Made by a program: the position numbers and the translations under genes. Shown here piece after piece: positions 53,512 to 64,000 of a DNA stretch of 64,000 bases. Numbering within the stretch: position 1 is the stretch's first letter; each line of letters opens with the position of its first letter. The stretch comes from Octopus sinensis (lineage: Eukaryota). The notes beneath the pieces are model-generated. The model was not told the DNA's origin and searched no databases. It saw nothing but the letters and a program-made list of their open reading frames with translations. The stretch spans positions 122,016,001-122,080,000 of the forward strand of contig NC_042997.1 in the NCBI RefSeq assembly GCF_006345805.1, written 5' to 3'.

Positions 53512-53561
53512 TTTGTCAAAATATTTTCGTCGCTAAAATCCGCGACCTGTTCACTGACAAA
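53512..53561 (-). ncRNA. Hammerhead ribozyme motif with G3-C8 covariation (minus-strand copy)
   Basis: Exact reverse complement of 53579-53628. Confidence 0.6.
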
Positions 53562-53578
53562 GATCGTGCAGCACGGAC

Positions 53579-53628
53579 TTTGTCAGTGAACAGGTCGCGG
53601 ATTTTAGCGACGAAAATATTTTGACAAA
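53579..53628 (+). ncRNA. Hammerhead ribozyme motif with G3-C8 covariation
   Basis: TTTGTCA-GTGAACA-G-GTCGC-ggatttta-GCGAC-GAA-AATATT-T-TGACAAA: 7-bp stem I, 5-bp stem II, palindromic stem III. Confidence 0.6.
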
Positions 53629-54175
53629 TTAAACTTAAATGTTGAAGTGAATCGAACGGCTTTTGTGTGTTTCTTAAATGGCTTATAAACACCTTCCACG
53701 CTGCAATTGTTTTCGTTTCAGCACACGATCTCAGATCAAATTACTTGCTATGCGAGTACATCTCCGTAATATATATATATGTATGTATGTATAAGGTTTA
53801 GAAAAATGTCTTCTCCCCAGTCTCATCTGCGACTCTAGATACCATTAAATTCGTAAGACTTACTTCTTTGGAATGTATAAAACAAATGATACAATCATTT
53901 AGCAACTTCCGGTCGAATTATATGACAGCCAGTTATGACGTCAAGGCTGCTAATTAACGGAGTGCTTAAATAGAAAAAACATTTAGTTCAACAGCGGTTA
54001 TTGCGGTGACTAGTAATACCGTTGTACCGCAGAACAGCATGTGCTTTATATTACATATGATTGGAATATATTAGGTTTATTTTCTCATAGTTTCTTAATT
54101 CACGAAAACATATTCAGAGCACTGTGCACATCACGATTGATGTTTTGCATTCTTATATTATGCACACACACACAC

Positions 54176-54248
<73 letters not shown>

Positions 54249-54412
54249 CATATACATATACATATATATACATATATATATATATACATATACACATATA
54301 CATATACATATATACATATACATATATACATATACATATACATATATACATATATATTATATACATATACAATATACATATATATACATACATATATATA
54401 TATATATATATA

Positions 54413-54551
54413 CCTGTATGGGCGCAGGACGTCGTGAAACGTGTACAACAAAAAATATGAGGTACGAGTACATGGAATATGCACTACTTTTTCGAACGAA
54501 TGACACAAATGGGAAACAAGACAAAGAACATAAAGAACTACTCTTCATCAG

Positions 54552-54553
<2 letters not shown>
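54413..54553 (-). mobile_element. Family P5 copy between TA-rich tracts
   Basis: Minus strand ctgatgaagag...gttcgaaaa...gtcctgcgcccata aligns with the other P5 copies. Confidence 0.55.
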
Positions 54554-54633
<80 letters not shown>

Positions 54634-57200
54634 GGAAATAGTGAAATACAAGTGGCATATTAGACATATTATAAATTTATTATAATATAATCATACTATA
54701 GAAAGATATAACAAATAAATAAGACAAAAAACGTCCCACATTTTGCTTTGATTCATAGCCACTAGTGAGTTTATAAAAAAATTCACATTTATGTATATGG
54801 ATTTCGACAGGGTAATATTTGTCTAAAAGATCGACATGCAATGACATCTAATTCATAAAAAAAAAACTGATTTAAAATATAGCTATGTCAACAAGCGTGA
54901 TCGTTAATAATTTTGCAATGTAAATAAATATAAAACAAAACCATAATTCAAATAGATAAATTAAATTAAATAAACAAAGCAATTAAAACGGTCATAAAAT
55001 GTTCATATGTATCTTTAACAATATTAATCTGAAGATATTTTAATCTAAAATAATCACTGCCCATTTTTATTATATAAAATAGGTATAATAGAAGTTATAT
55101 GTTACGGGTTTCAGGTGTAGTAGAAAATATATTTTTAATTTCTGTATACTATTATGAAAAAAATAAACAATGATATATTTTATTCGCATACGAAATTCCT
55201 TAAGAGACTTTAATGAACGATTAAAAGTTTGCACATGCGACTGCTATTTGCCTATATATATATATATATTTGTATATGTGCATGTGTGTAGTATGGATAT
55301 GTGTATATATACCTATATATATATATATATCTGTATGCATATATGTGTATGTGTGTTTGTGTGTGTGTGTGTCTATATGTGCACATATGTATATATGTGT
55401 GTATATATCTATATGTATATATATGTATATTTGGATTTGTATATATGTTGAATAAATAAATGGATAAATGAATAAATTAATGAATCAATGAATAAAAAAT
55501 TGATAATATTTATTATTAAAATTTTTTTAATTAATAGGTGCATAAGGTTGTGGTAAAATATAGTCGATGATCTGAACATTTTTTCTTGTAACATTTACCC
55601 AAACTTCATTAAGTGATATCATTCTGTAACTTAATTTCATCTGAGGGCAAATTTTGTTGTTAATACTACATGATTTGTAAGTTTTTATTGAAACTGAATG
55701 GTGTGTAGTTTTAAATTACGATATTAATGTGGATATTTATAATATATCAATGGATTAATAAATAAATTTATTATTAAGCACCATAATGTATTTGTCTTAA
55801 GTGCAAACTATATCACTATATTCGTTGTTATATTTAAGATATAAGTTTTAATTATGATCTCATCTTTATTTGAAATGATTGTAAGTATATAAATAAAATT
55901 TAATAATAATAGTATAGAAACAATTTTTATAAAAGGCATGTGGTGATTAAAAGCATTCCTATTGTAAGTATATATTTCCGGTTATTTTTTTCCGTTAGCA
56001 ATGAATGTATAGATAAATAAACATTGGTTTGCAGTGGTTATTTTCCTTTGTTAAACTAAGTAAATTTGTGTTTTTCGCTTGTTAATTACTAAGAATAATG
56101 TTTATATTAGTACAATATAACATTAGAATAATTCTTAAATATAATTATATATCATTTTGAATAATTATGCATATGAATATCTCTTGTAGACCCTATAATA
56201 TTTACTATACAACATGGTGTTACGTTCTTGCGAAATTATGGAAATATAAAACTATTGGCTTACTTTAATTTAATTTGTTTTTTAAAACTAAGTAAAAATT
56301 TCATTATTTATTTCTGTATTATCATTTTTATGTAAGAAATAGTATAGTTTATAATAATCGTAACTTTATACATATATTTAACATCGGCCAATGTAAAAAA
56401 TACTTGAACTGACGAATCTTTGATTAAAACATGTTTTAATGAATTTTATTTGTGAATAAATTATATCCTTATTTATTTTTTCATAATACTATATATAAAT
56501 TAAAAATACATTTTCCTACTCCACCTTAAATTCTTAACGTATTATATGGATTCTATTTTTTCGATTTTATATAATAAAAATGGGCAGTGATTATTTTAGA
56601 TTAGAATATCATTAGATTAATATTGTTAAAGATTCATAAGAACATTTTATAACCGTTGTAATTGCTTTGTTTATTCAATTTATATTATCTATTTGAGTTT
56701 TGATTTTGTTTTATGTTTATTATATTTTAAAGTTATTAACCCTCACGCTTGCAAACATGGGTATATTCTATAACCGTCTGTTTTATGATATAGCTGTCCT
56801 TGCATGAAATATTTGTGTATTTTGTAGACACATATTTCCCAGATGAAATCTATATACATAAATGTGAAATTTATATGAATTCACTAGTGGATATGAATCG
56901 AAACATTTTGTAACATATATTTATATATATTTATGCTTTATTATTTGTTATATTATATTATATTTTTATAATCTAATTATATTATGTTATAATGTTAATA
57001 AATGTATATGTTAATTGTATTTCTCGATTTCCTTTAATATTTATTTATTGAAATTATACTATTTTAAGTTTTGATTTTTTCTCTATGATTTTGTGGTATT
57101 TAACTGGAGAGCCATTGAAAATTGGATGTTTTTCATCGTTTTGAAGGAAATTATTTTTTCCTTCGATTGAATAATTATATATATAAATATATTGTTAACC

Positions 57201-57399
57201 CAAACATGAACAAAGTGAAAACACAACAACGCGAGGTCGTGGAACAAGTATAGTGTTATTCGACGCTCAGGAAAAGAAAGATAAAAGAACGATTTAACGT
57301 CCCGAGCGGAGCTCTTCCTCAGAAATATAGAAAAAAGGAAGAGTCCAAGGAAGGGAAGGTGGAGAATGAAAATCGCCAACGATTCACACGCGGTCACAT
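57201..57399 (-). mobile_element. Short HHR-bearing element, family P2
   Basis: Colinear with 1565-1762; minus strand at 57292-57326 reads attt-CTGAGGA-A-GAGC-tcc-GCTC-GGGAC-GTT-aaat (GAAA mutated). Confidence 0.75.
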
Positions 57400-58826
57400 A
57401 TTGAAATATATATATATATATTTACAGTTTTCATGTTGAGTGAAATCAAAGCATTTGATTAATCTGAAAAGTTACTCCATATTTTTGTAGATTACAAATT
57501 TATTATTCTTTAACGAGAATAGCGACTTTCATGTCATGTGTCTGTGGTTCAAAATATTTTGATCTCGGTACTGGTATTTGTAATAAGCAAATCTAGACGT
57601 AAAAGACATACTAAGTTAATGGTTCACTTCTGCTTCTTGTCTTTTGATGTCAAAGCAGATCGTTTGTTCTTTACACTGTTGATGCCACCGGTTTGAATTG
57701 TACTTTCAAGGTGTTGAAACCACAATGAAATCTGTTTGGCAGCTGATGATGGTAACATATGTTTGATATGCATTTTGGTATGTGCAATCTTTTTATGTAT
57801 TGGATTATTGTTCTACTGAATTGTCCTTCATTCTCGTAAGTTTGAACATGTTACAGGGTTATATTGTTTACATATGTTGATACTGCATGCTTGTCTTCAT
57901 TGGTAATCTCATTATACTTGAATAATAATTAGTACTTTGTAGTTTCAAGTGGTTCTATTACACACACACAAACAAGTGTGTATATATATGTTTGTGTGTG
58001 AGGAAGTGCACACACATATACACACAAAAGCATATATATGTTTGTGTTTGAAGAAGCACACACACACATACACACTTATGGATTCAGTCAAATACATATG
58101 CACCCATCGACATATATGAGTGTCTATGCGTTTGTCTATATTTCTGCATATGGCTCAGGTAATGGAATATTGAACAAGGCACTTAACTAAATACTTTGCT
58201 ACCTAATAAGAGTGTGTATGGGATCATGGACAACGTTATTATCGTTAACGCTTAGGTTAAGCATGTAAATAATGCTGAACATACACGGATTTCTTGTACT
58301 GCCTCTATTCAGGTGAATGTGCAAATGTTTCATGGGAAATGGAATGTGTTCTTGTAATACGAGAAAACAATATCAACTGAGTACAAAAGAAGCTGCAGGC
58401 TCATTTGGATGAAATAGCTCCAAACTCATATCCAAAGACATACTCTGTGTTTCCTTGGATTTTGCTATACCGTCTACGTTATTTCACCTTCACAGCTATC
58501 ATCTCGCCTCCCGAATTATTACTCACATCTCCTTTCTTCCCTCATCATATATCGAGCACAAGAACTACTTCTTACACAGAATTCTTTACTAATATTCCTC
58601 TACACTAATCTCTCATTTACTACCTCCGTTCGCATATATTTCATAACTGTTTCTGTTTTCTATGCAGTTATCAACCTGAAATTATTTGAGGAAAATGTAA
58701 TAATCTTGTCGATATCACAGTCCTAGGGTGTCAGATCAACTCACAATCAGAGCATGTCAAACAAATTAGCAAACTGTTCTAGCTAGTAGTATGAACTGAT
58801 TTGACATGTTGTTAGTATATGTAGCA

Positions 58827-59128
58827 TTGTTTGTTCCTTCTCGAGCCATACTTGGCTCATAAGGGCCAGTTTCCAGGTTTACTTGGTGAATAGGTTCCCC
58901 ACCTGGACGGACGCCGGTCCGTCGTAGGTGAGCTGCAAAAAGGAGGAGGAAAGAGAGAGAGAGAAAGTTGTGGCGAAAGAGTCAGCAGAAGTTCACCATT
59001 ACCTTCTGCCTGAGCCGCGTGGAGCTTAGGTGTTTCGCTCATAAACACACATCGCCCGGTCTGAGATTCGAACCCACGACCCCTCGACCGCGAGTCCGCT
59101 GCTCTAACCACTAGGCCATGTGCCTCCA
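58827..59128 (-). mobile_element. tRNA-derived SINE family C, well preserved
   Basis: tggaggcacatggcctagtggttagagcagcggactcgcggtcgaggggtcgtgggttcgaatctcagacc head with A and B boxes. Confidence 0.88.
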
Positions 59129-59287
59129 TATATAGTATTAGCTACTAGCTATATATCTTCCGGCTGATCACCTGCCAAATTGATTGTTAAGGTGACAAGT
59201 GTTATGCTCAAAATTTCCAGTGCCATAGAAACAACTTACAAGTTTTCAGCTTCCAAAAGAAAATACTTGAACACTATACAATATATG

Positions 59288-59415
59288 GATTACATCGACT
59301 CCCGTGCTCAAATGGTACTCGTTTTATCGACTCTGAGATGATTGGCTAAGTCGACCTCGGTGGACCGCTAAGCATGCTGTTTGGCGTGCTAACTATTTAG
59401 TCAGCTTCCCGGCCT
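59288..59415 (-). mobile_element. Degenerate, internally deleted SINE family B
   Basis: gattacatcgac...ggtact...ttatcgac...aagtcgacctcgg...accgctaagcat match 39532-39756. Confidence 0.55.
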
Positions 59416-59982
59416 ACTTTATGCTCTATAATTTACTGAAAATCGTTTTATTACAGTTATATATGTACATCCACTGTATATATATCTTTATTTTTACATT
59501 TTACTTGTTTCAGTCATAGCACTGTAGTTATGCTGGTTGATAAACTTGGAGACATTTATCCAAGATATCACGCAGCAGTAATGTACTCGAAAACACATGG
59601 TTGCCGGGTTCTTGGTCACACAGTCATACCTGTACAATCTAGGTATCTATCTGTGTGTATGTGGTGGGGCGTGTATGTATGTATGTATCTGTACGTGGAT
59701 GTACACTAAGTAAGAGAAAGAGAGTGATTTAACCGACAAAATAATATTTATTACTGGTTATTTTCATTGAGATCATTGTCCATACTATAAAAGTGGAAGC
59801 GTGATATACAGGAATGAAATATTTATATTTATACACCTCTCATTATCTATTTTGAGTTCAGCCCATGAGATTCAAAAAATAGCACATACTGTAAGTATGA
59901 TGACATGTTGTAATAAAATACTGCTTAGAGAATTTCTGGTGCACCAATGCCTGATATTCAGAGGTTTGGTAGCCATACATGG

Positions 59983-60318
59983 ACACACACACACATACAT
60001 ATATATATATACATACATACACACATATATATATACATATACATATATATATATACATATATATGCATATATATATATATATTATATACATACATACATA
60101 TATATATACATACATATATATATATAAATACATATATATATAAATACATATATATAAATACATATATATATATAAATACATATATATATATACATATATA
60201 TATACATATACATATATATATACATATACATATATATATACATATACATATATATATATACATACATATATATACATGCATACATATATATATACATATA
60301 TACATACATATATATATA

Positions 60319-60349
<31 letters not shown>

Positions 60350-60369
60350 ACATATATATATACATATAC

Positions 60370-60401
<32 letters not shown>

Positions 60402-60856
60402 ATATATGTATATATGTATATGTATATACATATATACATATATATAGACATATACACATATACATATATAAATATACATATACATATATATATACATATA
60501 CATATACATATATACATATATACATATATATATAAACATATATATACATATATATATACATATATATATAAACATATATACATATATATATACATATATA
60601 TATACATATATATATATAAACATATATACATATATAATATACATATATATATACATATATAATATATATATATACATTATACATATATATACATATATAC
60701 ATATACATATATATATATATTATACATATATACATATATATACATATATACATATACATATATACGTATATATATACATATATATACATATATATATACA
60801 TATATACATATATATATATACATATATACATATATATATATACACATATATATATA
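59983..60856. repeat. About 870-bp (TA)/(CATATA)/(TACA) compound microsatellite
   Basis: Directly visible; produces all the Y/I/M/C-rich pseudo-ORFs of this region. Confidence 0.95.
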
Positions 60857-61522
60857 AAATCTGTAAAAAATATCCAAAACAAATCTACCAGTATAAAAAC
60901 CATATTTTGGTGGTCTATTTAAAACACTGAGCTAGCAAAATATTAAAGAAACTGTCGCAAAGAAGAGAAATTTATCGACATTGGAATTATAAGACATATT
61001 TCCCTCAATAGGATTAAGAACAGAACATTTAGAAACTGAGACAAACATAATACAATTTAAAGACGAACAATGTATTAGAACACATGCGCGCGCGCGATCG
61101 AGTGAGCAGAAAGGAAATAACATGTCTCTCTCCATACAAGACGGATTTGAAAGAACTGAGGAAATTCGTTGTCAAGAAAATTTTATATTCAATATATAGC
61201 GTCGTTCCATAAATTTATGACGGAGGAGGTACGGGTAGTAAATAACATCTGTGACTACACTACTACTACTACTCCTATAGTTCTACTAAGAACAGGCTGT
61301 GTACTGTCGAAAGCAAAATAACGTGTCTTGTACTGATCGATATATTAATTCAATTGAAATATTTTTGAAACTGTAAAATTGCATATTATATTGAATTAAA
61401 CTTCTTTCCTCAGACGAGATTAAGACAAAGAAAATCATTTCGCTCAGTTAAGGAGAAATAAAGTGACTCACTATAATACAATCGAAATTAATCCTATGAT
61501 AGCCATATGTACACACACAAAC

Positions 61523-61580
<58 letters not shown>

Positions 61581-62519
61581 TTATAAATGTGTATACATGG
61601 ACGCATACGTATGTGTTTATGGCGATGGAAACAGGAAGATAGAAAAAATTATTATCGATAATAAACACAGAAGTTACAGAGTGATTCAAAGGACAAAAGT
61701 TTCGAGAAATGGCACTCATCAAACTGGTTTTAAATCATTGGAGAATATTTATATATCAGCCATAAATATACTTCTCGCGATAGCTCTATATACTAATAAA
61801 AGTGAAGTTCAATATTAAGTGCTTGCTTGCAATGTTACGGCCAAACTGAAGTATAATGGGAAAATATTATGAATAAAGTTTCCCCTGAAATGTTAATACC
61901 AACTGAATAAAAACAAGTTTCGCGTAAATCGGACCAGTAGTTGCTGAGGTATTCGGTGTTTGGAGGTATAAATACGCAAGTCGGTGCATAATGGGAAAAT
62001 ATTCCGAATATAACTTCATCCTCAAAGGGAAGAAACTCTAACCTTTCGATTAGATACAATGATTTGACAACGAAATATTGCGATTTGTTTTTTTTACAGT
62101 TAATGTTTCTATTTTCGCTTTTGTTAAACAGAATATTTTAATCATTTAGATATATTTTTAAGTGAATGTGATTTTAAAAATGTAAGTTGTTTGTACAGTA
62201 AGTATTTTGCTATCTTTAATCAGACAATATTTCAATGTTTTCTTTTCTATAAATTATTTTCAAGTGAATACCATTACAATTTTTTTTTGGCATATTTTAA
62301 AAAATATTTAAAAATAAAAATGACTTTAAAATACGGTAAATATTTCGTAAAAGACACTTTCGTAACCTTGGTGTGAAATAAGTTTTTGCATAGGTGCAAG
62401 AGTGGCTGTGTAAGTGCCTGTGCGTAGATAAATTGATACATATATAACCATACATGCATACGTAAATATATATATAAACGCATACATACATACATATACA
62501 TACATAAGCTAAAATACAT

Positions 62520-63562
62520 GCCCAAAAAGTCGCACGACTCTACAACGTATCATCAGATGAAAGGAAGAGCCTGTATAAGCAGAAGATTATGCATGGATAC
62601 ATTAGTAGAAAGCTCTGAGATGATAGTAACATTGATCATCAAAGAAATCTATCATGGACCAATAGCCGGATTACAATCTCCCACTTTGAAGAGTTTGCGT
62701 TTGCAACTCAGAAACAGGAAATATCAGCCAAATATCTGAAGCACATAAGAGATAGAGATGCAGGCAATCAAAGCAGTAAAATGTGACAAACGATGCAGTC
62801 TTTGTGGAGTTAATACCGAAGATATCACCCACATCGGAAGCAGTTGTTCGAAAATGTCATCACGGTACTATCTACCGACGAGGCATGTTGTTGTAGCTAG
62901 GAGACATTAAAATGAAATCTGACGGAAGGATAACCCCGCCGACAGAGCAATAAGAACCCAAAGTATGGCAGAAGCCATAGCCACTCATAATAAAAAGGAA
63001 TACTGGTGGAAAGTTCCAGTGAAGATCTCAATTACATGTAAGCGCAATAGACTTGATATAATGATTTGAGATAGAGAAGAGAAACTGCGTACTGTTGTGG
63101 AAATTAGCTGCCCAGCTAATAAAGCTGAAGATGAATGAAAGAAAAAATACCTACTATTGAGAAAGCTGCAGTTACTCTAAATTACAAGTTCATGTTAATA
63201 CCTTTAATTATTGGGTCGATGGGATATATAACACACTGCCTAAATACCAATCTTGAGAAATTAGGCTTCTCAAAACCAGAAAGCAAATTCGAAGACTACA
63301 GATCCAATACATCACTGGAACTGTGAAAATCTGTGAAAGTTTCCAGACGTTAGTCATTTAAATATACATGAGCATGTCTAGATATGCAACTATATGCATG
63401 AGAATACATACATAAAATAAAACATACAATCTGCACATATACATACACTGAAAAAAATACCCTGTTGTTGATGTTGAAAATTCCATTGAAGGACTGCTGA
63501 ATCTAGAGTAGAAACTGGTTCTTTCTCTATTGGCAAGAAATCTTGAAATAAAACCGAATAAT
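62520..63562 (+). mobile_element. 3' fragment of a restriction-like-endonuclease LINE (R4/Dong- or NeSL-like), decayed
   Basis: RCSLCGVNTEDITHIGSSCSKMSSRYYLPTRH (CCHC knuckle plus RH, from about 62790), then YWWKVPV..NRLDIMI*DREEK..VVEISCP (PD-(D/E)xK-type, from about 63001); the 3' UTR ends aataaaaccgaataat; the 5' boundary is approximate. Confidence 0.8.
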
Positions 63563-64000
63563 GTCATACACACTCATATACATACACATGCAGGTACGTA
63601 CGTACGTACGTACATACATACATACATGCATGCATGCACAAATGCTATCTGCATGTAGTGGTCTAGGACAAGCAACAACATGTATGTATGATCAGAGAAG
63701 TTAGCTAGCTTTATCATGTGACTATTTCTTCGAAAATCAAAGATGAGATTGATAATTAGAAACAAGTGTTTCAATACCTTCGGTTTCTATATCCAGGATT
63801 TAAATTGAAACTTAATTGGTGCACTTCGTTTTCTTAAAAATACTTAGTGAGAAAAAGTGGAAAAGCTACTGTTTCTCAGGACAAGAACTCAACCCCCGAA
63901 CCATCGAAATTTGCAAGATTTTCTAAAACTGAACCCGTGATGTTGGTTCTCTTATCTACAGTCCCACGATGGAGCTCTGTACGTCTGTTAGAAACCAGTT

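Larger units (their letters stand above)
53435..53768. mobile_element. Family P6 element: near-perfect 271-bp palindrome (53435-53705) plus a unique 3' extension
   Basis: 135-nt arms centred on 53570, with 2 mismatches in the outer arms and a few near the centre; flanked by (TA)n; the right boundary is approximate. Confidence 0.9.

Noticed and set aside
57600-57960. Minus-strand frames with YNEI/YENE motifs followed by an AT-rich, 3'-UTR-like region
   Set aside because: Frames are interrupted by stops and no homology is recognisable
59030-59128. tRNA genes at SINE heads (also 7567, 9323, 9928, 32861, 46543, 49530)
   Set aside because: A and B boxes are present, but acceptor and anticodon stems do not close and each head continues into a repeated SINE body
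59801-60903. Long ORFs up to 273 aa (and similar Y/I/C/V/T/N-rich ORFs at 10.6, 12.4, 25.4, 44.5, 49.4, 54.1 and 55.2 kb)
   Set aside because: They are translations of (TA)n, (TG)n, (ACT)n and (AAT)n tracts, which lack stops in some frames

Overview
AT-rich eukaryotic non-coding DNA, rich in microsatellites. The SINE and Penelope-type repeats resemble Octopus families I recall, so the species is an inference. I found no confident host-gene exon, true tRNA/rRNA gene or CRISPR array. The window is a mosaic of (i) tRNA-derived SINEs of about five families, labelled A-E here (my labels); (ii) decayed LINEs: a near-full-length RTE with C-terminal C2H2 fingers, a second RTE 3' piece, and CR1/L2-like, Tx1-like and R4/Dong-like 3' pieces; (iii) a non-autonomous Helitron, a mariner MITE and a TTAA-flanked fold-back MITE; and (iv) short elements carrying type I hammerhead ribozyme (HHR) motifs. 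I count 12 HHR motifs in 5 families (P1-P4, P6) plus one orphan, often in fold-back or partial-tandem layouts next to (TA)n, as in Penelope-like elements and retrozymes. Highlights are a G3-C8 covariant hammerhead on both strands of a 271-bp palindrome (53.4-53.7 kb), an intact GUC hammerhead in a 326-bp partial tandem (51.1 kb), and a tRNA-like head fused to a hammerhead tail (45.5-45.9 kb). All folds were done by eye and nothing was searched or computed.
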